Virus record (IMG/VR): IMGVR_UViG_3300036770_005754
Span: 103,472-167,471 of that record
Reading direction: 5' to 3' (one strand)
DNA length: 64,000 bases
Source of the DNA: a virus
Below the pieces are notes generated by a model, which did no database searches, had not been told where the DNA came from, and saw only the letters and a program-made list of their open reading frames with translations. Position numbers and translations under genes: made by a program. Positions 48,190 to 57,522 of the stretch are shown here, piece after piece. Within the stretch, counting starts at the first letter, position 1; every line of letters starts with the position of its first letter.

Positions 48190-48522
48190 TCAACCTGCAG
48201 TAATATCGGAGCACTGTGACGATCTTTGTGATCTAATTCTGTCTAACTGTGCCTGTAAATTGGCTTCGACAAGCAACTGAGCGTCACAAACAGTAACAAA
48301 CTCATCTTCGCTAAAATACAGAGTAACGCCGTTTACAAGAGATGCCCTATCTCCATAATGGGACAATGCAGTGGGCTGTCCAGCCCTAGATCTCGTCGTG
48401 TAGACCCATCCGTTTGGGCCATACATTAACGTGCTGATCTGCACAGCTTCTAGAAACCCAAGAGCTGCTGATTCTCTGAGGTAGACAATATCCCCGGGTT
48501 CATATAATGGTCGACTAATCAT
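48190..48522 (-). CDS. Hypothetical protein (SH3-like YEPGDIVYL)
   Basis: 110-aa ORF in a packed operon. Confidence 0.65.
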   Translation of the reverse strand: MISRPLYEPGDIVYLRESAALGFLEAVQISTLMYGPNGWVYTTRSRAGQPTALSHYGDRASLVNGVTLYFSEDEFVTVCDAQLLVEANLQAQLDRIRSQRSSQCSDITAG

Positions 48523-49654
48523 TATCTAGCAGTTCATTATCTAAATCAGGTAAATCAGATGAACCCATTGGCTCTTCATCGACTATGCGACAATTCTCAT
48601 GGAATTTAAAAGCCACATTATATGTTTTATTAAGTATCTCATCGGCAAGATCGCGATCAGCTCTTAGAGCAGCTGAGGCAGCAGCGGCACCGTTGCCTAT
48701 TTTTCTATCTCCGTATGAAATCCAAGAACTGGTTCTGCTCATGACTTTACAATCGAGAGCAACATCTATCAATGATGACATAATGTCGATACCATATATT
48801 GGTCTAGACGGGTGACCAACACAAATATCAAAAGCAGCAGTCGTAAACGGTGGGGCTACTTTATTCTTAATTATCTTCATATTCGTTTGAAAACCGACAA
48901 CACTGTCATCATCTTTCAAGCTCGATCCACGTCTAACCTCAGCACGGATAGACGCATAGAATTTAAGAGCACGGCCACCAGGAGTCGTCTCTGGATTACC
49001 AAACATCACACCGACTTTCTCTCTAATCTGATTTACAAATATCACAGTAGTTTTGGTCTTGTTGATTGAACCCTTCAACTTTCGTAACGCTTTACTCATC
49101 AACCTAGCATGAGCACCTACATTCGCATCTGACAACTCGCCATCTAATTCGACCTGTGGAGTTAAAGCGGCAACAGAGTCAACAACTATGAGGTTGACCA
49201 ATGTCGATTTAACCATCTTTTCGACGATGTCTAAAGCTTCCTCCCCGCTGTTCGGCTGTGAAAATATTAGCTCATCAATATTAACACCAATTCTCTCAGC
49301 CCACGTCGGGTCGAACGCATGCTCGGCGTCGATAAACGCCGCTGTCCCAGGGACAGACTCGCCATCAGCGTTCGTAAACATGTGTTTCTGGCATGCCGCT
49401 ATGAATTGTAGGCATGCTGTGGTCTTACCACTAGACTCGGGCCCATAGATTTCGATTATTCTACCCTGTGGCAAGCCTTTACATCCGAATGCAACATCGA
49501 TCGACGGGACACCAGTGGAAAATGCTTGCACATTCACTATAGTATTCCTACCAACCATCACAGATCCGGCACCATGATCTTTCTCTATTAAACTGATCAA
49601 ATCAGCCTTGTTCTGCATTGCTGAAACTTGCTGCTTTTCTCTCTTCTTGGCCAT
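48515..49654 (-). CDS. recA: RecA/UvsX recombinase
   Basis: GLP.GRIIEIYGPESSGKTT, FIDAEHA, VDSVAAL, ARLMSKALRK, ETTPGGRALKFYAS, KNKVAPPF. Confidence 0.97.
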   Translation of the reverse strand: MAKKREKQQVSAMQNKADLISLIEKDHGAGSVMVGRNTIVNVQAFSTGVPSIDVAFGCKGLPQGRIIEIYGPESSGKTTACLQFIAACQKHMFTNADGESVPGTAAFIDAEHAFDPTWAERIGVNIDELIFSQPNSGEEALDIVEKMVKSTLVNLIVVDSVAALTPQVELDGELSDANVGAHARLMSKALRKLKGSINKTKTTVIFVNQIREKVGVMFGNPETTPGGRALKFYASIRAEVRRGSSLKDDDSVVGFQTNMKIIKNKVAPPFTTAAFDICVGHPSRPIYGIDIMSSLIDVALDCKVMSRTSSWISYGDRKIGNGAAAASAALRADRDLADEILNKTYNVAFKFHENCRIVDEEPMGSSDLPDLDNELLDND

Positions 49655-49919
49655 TGGAAAGGTTCCCTAGACTTTTGGAAATGTTCTCAAGGTTGTAACT
49701 TACGACTAACAAAACATCCGTAGCTGGTATACGTATTAATATACTGTTCTTAGCTAATAATAATTCATTACCATTAACAATCGAAACAACCGACCAAATT
49801 CCTTTAGGACTAGTATTCGTGCCAGGTGGAGCAGATAAATAAGTCACATTCTTAGTGGTAATAATACGCACTTGGTCGAACCTACCAATGCGGGTCTCCA
49901 GCATTCTACCAGTGCTCAT
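49602..49919 (-). CDS. Hypothetical protein
   Basis: 105-aa ORF upstream of recA. Confidence 0.6.
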   Translation of the reverse strand: MSTGRMLETRIGRFDQVRIITTKNVTYLSAPPGTNTSPKGIWSVVSIVNGNELLLAKNSILIRIPATDVLLVVSYNLENISKSLGNLSNGQEERKAASFSNAEQG

Positions 49920-49952
49920 CCATTCAAACCTATTATAGATTAGGAGTAAAAT

Positions 49953-50483
49953 ATGCTAACAAACGCTGAAGAAACTTTGCTCGAAGCTATTAAAACCATG
50001 CTGCAACATGACGCAGAACTTGGGTTAAGTATGCACGGCAAAGAGAACGAAGAGTCTGGCGAAACAGAACGTGGTTTCGAGTATTTACACAACCAAATCG
50101 ATGATATGTTTCAGCTCAAAGCAGCTGAATTAACACACGCTAATGGTGTATGCCAAGCATTCAACAAAGTACACTCATATAAATATGTGGATGATCCACA
50201 ATTTAGAACAGCAATGGAAAAAGAAATGGTCGCACAAGGAATACCAGCAAGCGACAGAACCAAAGCAATTGGATATATAGATTCAATAATGAGAGAACTA
50301 AAATCCGACAGGGGAGAATGGGCAGAAAAAGACTTCGGATTCAACCCAAATCTCGATGAAATAATGGACACAAATAATATAGAACAACCACTAGAATTCG
50401 AGACCCAAGAAGTTGAGGACTGGCCAACGAAATCGAATGTAAAATGGGAAGATGGCGATGCAAGCCCTGGTAGGACGCCATGA
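49953..50483 (+). CDS. Acidic hypothetical protein
   Basis: 176-aa ORF with an AGGAG RBS. Confidence 0.75.
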   Translation: MLTNAEETLLEAIKTMLQHDAELGLSMHGKENEESGETERGFEYLHNQIDDMFQLKAAELTHANGVCQAFNKVHSYKYVDDPQFRTAMEKEMVAQGIPASDRTKAIGYIDSIMRELKSDRGEWAEKDFGFNPNLDEIMDTNNIEQPLEFETQEVEDWPTKSNVKWEDGDASPGRTP

Positions 50484-50707
50484 AACTAAAAAACATATTA
50501 GCCAACAGATTAAACAATAAATTTAAAAGATCGAACTATTTCAGAAGACCGAAAATACAAACACAAGTAGCATATGACCAAGACAGAGGTATAGACTCAG
50601 GTTCAGCAACGTCTGGTGGATCTATGATGACTACCGGTATACCAATAAAACCAGAACATAGAAAATTCCTTGGGTACGGCGAAGAAGAGTATGACAGGAA
50701 CCTCTAA
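50480..50707 (+). CDS. Small protein with an MKLxxIL N-terminus
   Basis: 75 aa; ATGA overlap with the upstream gene. Confidence 0.6.
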   Translation: MKLKNILANRLNNKFKRSNYFRRPKIQTQVAYDQDRGIDSGSATSGGSMMTTGIPIKPEHRKFLGYGEEEYDRNL

Positions 50708-51408
50708 TACAAAAACCTCTCTATACGAGCGAAATCATCATCACTCAAACGATCTCTTGGTGACAATAACCTACCACAGAAAAAATGCACAAAGTCGCCA
50801 TTATTGATTGTGCATATCGCTAGCCCCCGCAAAGCAGCTTTATACCAATTCTTGATACCACAATCCCATAACCTTACCCACATCATAACACCACTATCAC
50901 AGACGTTACAATCCACCAACCATCTAACCATTGCTGAAAGATCAAATATCTTAACATCTATATTGCCGGACCGCTCTGAGATACCAAAAGAACCACTTAT
51001 TCTTGATATGTCCCAAATTGTCGGACAAGGATGGATAGGACCAAACGGCAACCTATATGAACCGGCCATTATTGCACCACTCATGATAGCATTAACCAGC
51101 CCGATAGCCCAATCTCTACCTGATATCAGACAGTCTGGTTCAATATGAATAAAATATAGATCTCCTCTGTTTCTCAAAAATTCTACAGCTACATCTATAC
51201 CTTCGCCATGTGATAATTTGCGGCCGCCAGCATCTAGAACGACACAATTATCATCGAAATACTCATCGGGCATTGGTTCAGATAGATTGTTGACTAGAAT
51301 AACCTCTTCCGAAAAATGCTCTCTTAAGCTACGTAGCATTACCTTTGGCCAATGATGATAAAAGATCACGGCGACGAACACAAACCTAATTGGCATGTGA
51401 TGGAGCAT
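50704..51408 (-). CDS. Glycosyltransferase-like protein (GT-A-like)
   Basis: ML.SLR, VILVNN, SHGEGID, HIEPDCLI (DxD-like), WDCG, F.HF. Confidence 0.55.
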   Translation of the reverse strand: MLHHMPIRFVFVAVIFYHHWPKVMLRSLREHFSEEVILVNNLSEPMPDEYFDDNCVVLDAGGRKLSHGEGIDVAVEFLRNRGDLYFIHIEPDCLISGRDWAIGLVNAIMSGAIMAGSYRLPFGPIHPCPTIWDISRISGSFGISERSGNIDVKIFDLSAMVRWLVDCNVCDSGVMMWVRLWDCGIKNWYKAALRGLAICTINNGDFVHFFCGRLLSPRDRLSDDDFARIERFLY

Positions 51409-52027
51409 TATACCAAGACTTAGCTTTCCAAGAAGTGATTAACCATTCCATGTAGTCAGCACCATTCTCACCATACCAACCACAAGCAAATGGTAGATGA
51501 GATTCTACTAAGAGTAAAAGACCACTATCTGTTACTCCAAAATCGACGGCCCCAGAAAACCAATTCGGCCAATCTATGTTTAATTTTGGTGGGCAGGCAT
51601 TTTCATCGCATCCAGAATACCATCCGGACGCTATTTCCCTTCCTTCAGCGATATAGTATCTCCATTCGTTAATAAAGTCGACAACTTCCGAGCACCAGTA
51701 CATGTCATCCTCAAGTGCCGTCGAACCAGAAGTAATGAAAGGTTCGAACCTTTTGAAAGAAGTAGCCGACTTAATGAATAACCCTGGTCCTACTTCTTCC
51801 TTTGTCCTGAGTGTAATATTCCTGCCGAAGTAGCCAGCGAGAAACGCTGGATAGAAATCGATAATGTCTGGTAGTTTCGGTAATATTTGAAGACAATAAT
51901 CAACTGAACCGACTGCTATTGTGTTTCGTTTCGGTTTTTTGATAAATTCAGCTTTGATTGATCTTTTCAATGACTGGAAATATATGGCACTAGCTTCTCT
52001 GCTACTAATTGGTTCTAGTGAAAACAT
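51386..52027 (-). CDS. ATP-grasp domain protein (R2K/DUF4343-like)
   Basis: VGSV, YP..L..YFGR, FIK....K.F, SEVV.F..EWRYYI, VDFG......LVE...P.A.G.YG. Confidence 0.75.
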   Translation of the reverse strand: MFSLEPISSREASAIYFQSLKRSIKAEFIKKPKRNTIAVGSVDYCLQILPKLPDIIDFYPAFLAGYFGRNITLRTKEEVGPGLFIKSATSFKRFEPFITSGSTALEDDMYWCSEVVDFINEWRYYIAEGREIASGWYSGCDENACPPKLNIDWPNWFSGAVDFGVTDSGLLLLVESHLPFACGWYGENGADYMEWLITSWKAKSWYNAPSHAN

Positions 52028-52054
52028 ATTAATACTTAATTCTGAAGGTGCGGT

Positions 52055-52717
52055 TTAATTTTTAGACAGGCTATTGGTATTCCCTACAATATTGTCTATT
52101 AATTGTTTGTCATCGCTCCTCAGATAATTGAGTACATCTACCATGCGATAGCCAAAAGCTAAACCGTGCAATAAATCTAGTTTACCGCCGGAACCACTTG
52201 CCTCAGACATCTCTTCGATAATATCCTCGTCGCCAGGCCATGCGATATAGAAGCCAGCAGGCCGTATGGAGGTGATTGGCGGAGTTGTAATATATGGCTG
52301 GACTAAAAACCCGCTTTCTCTTAATGATTCTAACGGGAGCCTGACCAAAGCAGCCAATCGCTCCCGCCTATGCATTTGGTTTATTGTAACCTCATCGCTT
52401 GGAGATGGTTGGTGTTTAGAAATCGTTTTGAAATTATCGACATGAAATCTTATTAATTTCTTAGTGATAATAGGCGAAATGTCATAATGCTTTAATAATT
52501 TATGAATAGCTTGCGGAGCACGAATACGATGTAAAAATTTATCTTCTATACCATCCTCTCCATAGTATCCTTGCAAGTATTGAACAGCGGTTTGAGTATC
52601 GACACCAAATTCGTCGACGATACCGTAAACACCGATTCTGTCGGTCTTGCCTTGACCTAAAAGTGCTCTTTTCACTCTAGTCTCGAAGCGTTCTTCAGCG
52701 ATTATATTAAGTCCCAT
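52055..52717 (-). CDS. Hypothetical protein
   Basis: Start set at MGLNIIAE; ends with a HGL.FGY...DV motif. Confidence 0.65.
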   Translation of the reverse strand: MGLNIIAEERFETRVKRALLGQGKTDRIGVYGIVDEFGVDTQTAVQYLQGYYGEDGIEDKFLHRIRAPQAIHKLLKHYDISPIITKKLIRFHVDNFKTISKHQPSPSDEVTINQMHRRERLAALVRLPLESLRESGFLVQPYITTPPITSIRPAGFYIAWPGDEDIIEEMSEASGSGGKLDLLHGLAFGYRMVDVLNYLRSDDKQLIDNIVGNTNSLSKN

Positions 52718-53255
52718 AGCCAGATCTTGTGAAGAACTGCTGCGGCATACCCATGAGTGAACTCTTAGCTTTATATGGTTCACCAGGCTTTGTGAATTGT
52801 TTTGTAGACGGGCTCAGGTCAATGTGTCCAGACCGTTTATTTTCGAAAACTCTGGTAACGAAGTGTATGATGCGTCTTGGTGTGGTTTGGCGCGTGGCTG
52901 ACGCATTCACACCTTCAGGGATTAATATCTGACCGGCTTTTATTTGTCTGGCTAGATCATGTAAATTATTATGATATGTTTCACCAAGATACATTCGATG
53001 CGTGCCAAGAACAAATAAATTCCATCCTATAATAGCTTTTCCTTGAGACATGTCTAATTCTTCGACATGTGGAACTACTTCAACTTTTGACGCAAGGGCC
53101 GGGACGACCATCGGGAGGTCTTGTATCAATGATGGATATAATTGACGATCAAAAGATTCAGTGAATCCTTTATCCATGAAATATTTAATCAAAAGTCTGC
53201 GAACTACTTCTAGGTTCGCTCTTTGTTTCATTCTATCAATATCGTATGAATCCAT
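52707..53255 (-). CDS. Hypothetical protein
   Basis: 182-aa ORF coupled to the upstream gene by a TAATG overlap. Confidence 0.75.
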   Translation of the reverse strand: MDSYDIDRMKQRANLEVVRRLLIKYFMDKGFTESFDRQLYPSLIQDLPMVVPALASKVEVVPHVEELDMSQGKAIIGWNLFVLGTHRMYLGETYHNNLHDLARQIKAGQILIPEGVNASATRQTTPRRIIHFVTRVFENKRSGHIDLSPSTKQFTKPGEPYKAKSSLMGMPQQFFTRSGYGT

Positions 53256-54442
53256 TAGTATTCCTCTTCATCTTCAATATATTCCTCAACTTCATCTATC
53301 AACTCTCTGAGTTCTTCTTTTATATTTTCTACGCTTGAATCTGAGTGTACTGCTTCGATCGTCCTGCTCAAAAGATCATGTATGAAGTTAGGGTCTCTCT
53401 TGGCTATCTTTGCGATTGTCTCCGCTAGCCTTGAATGTTCTGGAACGATTTTAAGGAAGCTCGTCCACAAGTGTGGGCCGATTTGGATTAACCATGGCTC
53501 ATCTGTTGTTTTGTCAGCGACTCTTAAGACTTTCTTCAGTTGCCCCTTCGACAAATGGGATAGACCATGGTGCGATAGTAATTCCATAACGCCTTTAACT
53601 AGTTCTTGTATCAGAACTGGGAATATCATGGCTTGAGCTACAATTGTCGGTCGATCTTCATCGTCATATTCTACATTAGATGTGCCAACTGCGGCACCAG
53701 CAAGGTTAGCGAGCGATGAATAATCCATTAACCAATATGTGTGTTCTGTGCCGGAGCTTAACTTATCATAAGCTTCTAATAATTGCGGGTCTAGAGCTTT
53801 CAATTCTGATTCGACGAATCTGTGCATCGTCATCATATTGTGGACGGCTGCTCCTTGCGTGAGAGCGTTCATGGTTATTCGTTTATTAATCTCACTGATA
53901 TCGACGTCTTCCTCGTCTTCTTCATCATCATTATGATCTAGAGATACATTTTGTGTCAACCTTGCATCAAGAATATCTCTTGGAACGTTCCATATTTTGC
54001 TGACTACGTCTTTCGCTATTTCTTCTAGTTGTTTGGCATATCGGCTTTCTATTCGCATTATTTTGTGCATTATTTGATATGCACCGCCGCCGATGCTGTT
54101 CATGTCATATGCTTGTAAACCTGGAAATGTTTTTCTTACGCGTTCAGCACTGGTTTGGAATGCTCTCTGAGCTGATTCATGGCCGTACATCGCCATAATA
54201 GGGTGTTTTGAGTACGGATGTGGTTGTTTTCTGATATCTTTCCAAAATCTTACTACGTTTTGGTGAGCTTCGTCGTCAAATGCTTCGGCGATTCTTTTCT
54301 TCCTTGCTTTTGGACGCGGGGCTTCTTTTGGTCTTGGTGGTGCGAAAGGATCGAAAGTCGGCTTTGGTTTTGGTTTCACCGGCGTAGGTGTTACCGGTTT
54401 TGTGGGTGCGGTAGTTGTGCCAGCTATTTCTCGTAGTTTCAT
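53255..54442 (-). CDS. Large-phage hypothetical protein with a Pro/Lys-rich N-terminus
   Basis: 395 aa; INKR...NAL.QGAA and A..FP.L.QEL.KG..E motifs; MKLREI start. Confidence 0.8.
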   Translation of the reverse strand: MKLREIAGTTTAPTKPVTPTPVKPKPKPTFDPFAPPRPKEAPRPKARKKRIAEAFDDEAHQNVVRFWKDIRKQPHPYSKHPIMAMYGHESAQRAFQTSAERVRKTFPGLQAYDMNSIGGGAYQIMHKIMRIESRYAKQLEEIAKDVVSKIWNVPRDILDARLTQNVSLDHNDDEEDEEDVDISEINKRITMNALTQGAAVHNMMTMHRFVESELKALDPQLLEAYDKLSSGTEHTYWLMDYSSLANLAGAAVGTSNVEYDDEDRPTIVAQAMIFPVLIQELVKGVMELLSHHGLSHLSKGQLKKVLRVADKTTDEPWLIQIGPHLWTSFLKIVPEHSRLAETIAKIAKRDPNFIHDLLSRTIEAVHSDSSVENIKEELRELIDEVEEYIEDEEEY

Positions 54443-54488
54443 TCGGTCACCCGTAATTAATTTGCGAAGTTATAATAAATTTTCCTGA

Positions 54489-54698
54489 TCAATGACTCCC
54501 GTTTAAATATTCATCGATTTGGGTTCGCAATTTTAATATCATTTCTATACATGGCTCTGACATAACTTGATATATTTTTTCGTTCTTTGGTAGTATGTCT
54601 CTACGTAATGATCCTAGTGCTAATTCAGCCCTGATTAACTGTTCACGTACGACTTTCAATTCTTCATTGTTTCCGATCGTGTCTCGAATTTCTTTCAT
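54489..54698 (-). CDS. Small coiled-coil protein
   Basis: 69-aa ORF. Confidence 0.55.
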   Translation of the reverse strand: MKEIRDTIGNNEELKVVREQLIRAELALGSLRRDILPKNEKIYQVMSEPCIEMILKLRTQIDEYLNGSH

Positions 54699-54754
54699 TC
54701 TAGTGGCCTTACTAATGTAAGTTAGTAATCTTAACTATTCTAGTTTAATTTTTG

Positions 54755-55425
54755 GATAGGGTTTGGCTCCCCCCATACAAGGAGATATTTGCGACAAAAG
54801 AAAATCGCGAACATCAACTCATATGATCTTGGTGACGACAGCGTGTCGCCCCATCCACGACATCAAGGCAAGCTCCAACACGAACCAATTTCAGGGGGAA
54901 GCTGTGTGTTGGTCGAAACCTTTTGCCATTCTCCTACCCACGTCGCACTCCCGCCAAGGAGGCCGTACACTCTACCAGTTTTGGTGCCTTAGGAGATTCG
55001 AGTTACCTGAGATAACATCACTTACTGTCAGTCCATCAGCTTCGTCTAGGCTACGAATGATTTGAAATTTTTGGTTGCCAAATGGCGTTAACATCGAAGA
55101 TTTTTCTTAATCCTAGACCCACTGCAGTAAAACTGAGTGATATCAGATTGGCATCCCAGGCATGTGGTACCTCAACCGTCGGGCTTGAGCTTCTTCTCTC
55201 CTTAAAACGCCCCTGTATTTCTTTTAGGCTCCAACATCATGTTGAAAACCAGCTACAGCAGGTGACCCGTACGCTTTTCGCCTTCGTGATCCGCACCCAC
55301 CAAATGATGGATGGCAAGAATACTTAAGAACCAACTGTAGCCGATTGAGGGTTAACATTGCAGGAAGTAGCAAACAACGCTACTATGTCCGATCACAAGG
55401 ACCGGGCGGCTCTGATCAACCGCTA
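54755..55425 (-). ncRNA. Candidate large (~670 nt) structured non-coding RNA
   Basis: The only long gap without a credible ORF; more GC-rich than its flanks; more than 12 nested helices, with non-canonical pairs that are G-U on the minus strand (see findings). Confidence 0.65.
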
Positions 55426-55459
55426 AAATATAAATACTAAGAAAGAGAAACAAACAACA

Positions 55460-56563
55460 TCAAAACTCACTAGACTCAATAACATACAACTCATCACCCT
55501 CATGCATTACCTCATCATTGCACCTATTCAAAATAGCAATATCAAGATCCTTAATATTCTTTGAATCACGCTCAACCCAAACCATAAACAAATTATGATG
55601 CAAAGCAGGAGAAGGGCCCTCCAAAATCTTCTCAGCATCAGGCTCCTTCTTAGGCTTCATCTCCATTAGCCTAACATCCTTGGCACCCCTCTTAAGTAAT
55701 TCCTGCTTAAGAACAGCTTTCTCATCATTGGTAAAATCTCGATCCAAAGCGATTCTAACCATCGCCCCAGAGACATCAGCCGACTTCACAGACTCATCAG
55801 AAATAGTAGTGAATTGTGGAGGCTGAGGAACGTCAGGAAAATAACGTGACCCAGCCTTCCAAATATTCACGAATTTATGGTTTGACGCCTCAATATCATA
55901 AACATAAAAACCATGCGGAACGTCTCCCTCATCAAACTTGAAAGGGATCGGAGAACCAGGATACCAAACATTTTCGCCAACTTGTTGCTTGCTATGAAAA
56001 TGGCCAGTATAAACTCTCTTGAATGTAGAGTATTCAAAAGTCACACTGGACCAGTCCTTAAGCAAGAAGCAAGTGTTGAGTGTGGCACTCCGAACGCCTA
56101 TATGAGTTAATAAAATGTCTTCATTGGGTCTATATTTTTCATGTTCCATGATGGCCCTAACGACTCTCATATATGCCTTTTCATAAGTTATGAATGGCAA
56201 GATCCAAAACTGCTGATTATCGATATCCAATAATTTGACATCTTCGATTACAGTCAGATGTTTCTTCAAAGGTGTCAGACTATTGACTCCCCAAGAATGC
56301 CTCAAGAACATGTCATGATTACCAGGGAATACTATCCAATTTTGGCCGTATTTCTCTTTTGTTTCCTCAAAAAATCTTGCAACTTGCGAATTCACATCGA
56401 TTTCAATCGCCTGCCTATTATGATAGAGATCACCTAGAACAAACATCACATCAATCTCATGTTCCGCACAATATTCACGCATTACGCGACAGGCCCAAAG
56501 TATATCATCAGTACGCCCGGGCACACCAAAATGAATATCAGCAGTAATTCCGACGCACGTCAT
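55460..56563 (-). CDS. sbcD: Mre11/SbcD/gp47-like metallophosphoesterase nuclease
   Basis: DIHFG, LGDLYH.R, PGNHD, LLTH, GHFH, YPGSP....F.E. Confidence 0.93.
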   Translation of the reverse strand: MTCVGITADIHFGVPGRTDDILWACRVMREYCAEHEIDVMFVLGDLYHNRQAIEIDVNSQVARFFEETKEKYGQNWIVFPGNHDMFLRHSWGVNSLTPLKKHLTVIEDVKLLDIDNQQFWILPFITYEKAYMRVVRAIMEHEKYRPNEDILLTHIGVRSATLNTCFLLKDWSSVTFEYSTFKRVYTGHFHSKQQVGENVWYPGSPIPFKFDEGDVPHGFYVYDIEASNHKFVNIWKAGSRYFPDVPQPPQFTTISDESVKSADVSGAMVRIALDRDFTNDEKAVLKQELLKRGAKDVRLMEMKPKKEPDAEKILEGPSPALHHNLFMVWVERDSKNIKDLDIAILNRCNDEVMHEGDELYVIESSEF

Positions 56564-56636
56564 AAAACACCCTTTCTATAGGATACAAAGATATTTTTAA
56601 AATACACTCGGCAAAATTATTGTGGAGGGTCTAAAT

Positions 56637-57152
56637 ATGTTTCACGCAGAACGCATGTCACTAAGTGATGGCCAATCATATCAAAATGTGTTAGTATATG
56701 AGGATGATGATATAGCCGAGGAAGATAAAATATTCGAAGAATGGACAAAAGTCATAATAGCAGATGGCGAAAGAATATTACTACACTTGTGGAAAATAAA
56801 AGTCATACATCTAGACAAAACCGTCCGAAGCACAAAGAATTCAATAAAGGCTGATAGGCTAATATTAGATGGAAACATCTCATATCAAGACATCTCGATA
56901 ATACCACATCCGGAATTTGAAGAAGCTGGTGTGCCACATTACTTTATCGGCCATATCGGGGGTATAGCTGGGCAATTGACCTATTCATGTCAAGGCGGAA
57001 CATATATTACTCACGACACCAACGTCTCGAGCATTATCATGCGTTCTTCAAGAAGGACTGGCGTTTCAGCTGCGTCAGCACCGATGATTAGTAAATCAAC
57101 TTTACCATTAAAATTAGCGAGAACCACGAAAATTAAGAAAGATCAGAAATAA
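56637..57152 (+). CDS. Hypothetical protein
   Basis: ATG after GGAGG; upstream CAAAGATA motif. Confidence 0.7.
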   Translation: MFHAERMSLSDGQSYQNVLVYEDDDIAEEDKIFEEWTKVIIADGERILLHLWKIKVIHLDKTVRSTKNSIKADRLILDGNISYQDISIIPHPEFEEAGVPHYFIGHIGGIAGQLTYSCQGGTYITHDTNVSSIIMRSSRRTGVSAASAPMISKSTLPLKLARTTKIKKDQK

Positions 57153-57290
57153 TTCTATAGCTTATAAATTACTTGATTGTATTTTATGATTATGTAACCA
57201 TAATACTGCGCATTAACCGGCCGCGACAGAAGTCCTGAGGTGGTCATTACTTGGTCAATCTACCTGTTTGAAGGCGATTAGAGAATACAA

Positions 57291-57488
57291 ATGCCACGAT
57301 ATAGAGTCAGCGGAACAGTAATAGCTTCAAAATATCTCGGAGAATTTGAGGCCGATACCGAAGAGGAGGCTATCGAAATGGCACTTAGCAGTGAAAATGC
57401 TTACGTAAGCCTGTGCCATCAATGTTCTGGCGAATGTGAAAACCCAGAAATTCACGATGCGAACGCGGAACCGATCGATGAAGAATAA
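57291..57488 (+). CDS. Small acidic Cys-motif protein, tandem copy 1
   Basis: MPRYRVSGTVIASKYLGEFEA...CHQC. Confidence 0.75.
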   Translation: MPRYRVSGTVIASKYLGEFEADTEEEAIEMALSSENAYVSLCHQCSGECENPEIHDANAEPIDEE

Positions 57489-57522
57489 TCGCTGGTTAAT
57501 CCGCTGTTTGGAGAAATACGAA

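Noticed and set aside
54915-54935. GTGCGACG on the minus strand resembling a group II intron 5' end
   Set aside because: No domain V/VI signature, no RT ORF and no interrupted gene.
54763-55327. Short plus-strand ORFs (54763, 54789, 55082), one with an AAGGAG-like RBS
   Set aside because: No recognisable protein features; the region is better explained by minus-strand RNA structure.
57170-57205. Sigma70-like promoter (TTGATT or TTGTAT ... CATAAT)
   Set aside because: Spacing and match are imperfect in AT-rich DNA; not distinguishable from chance by eye.
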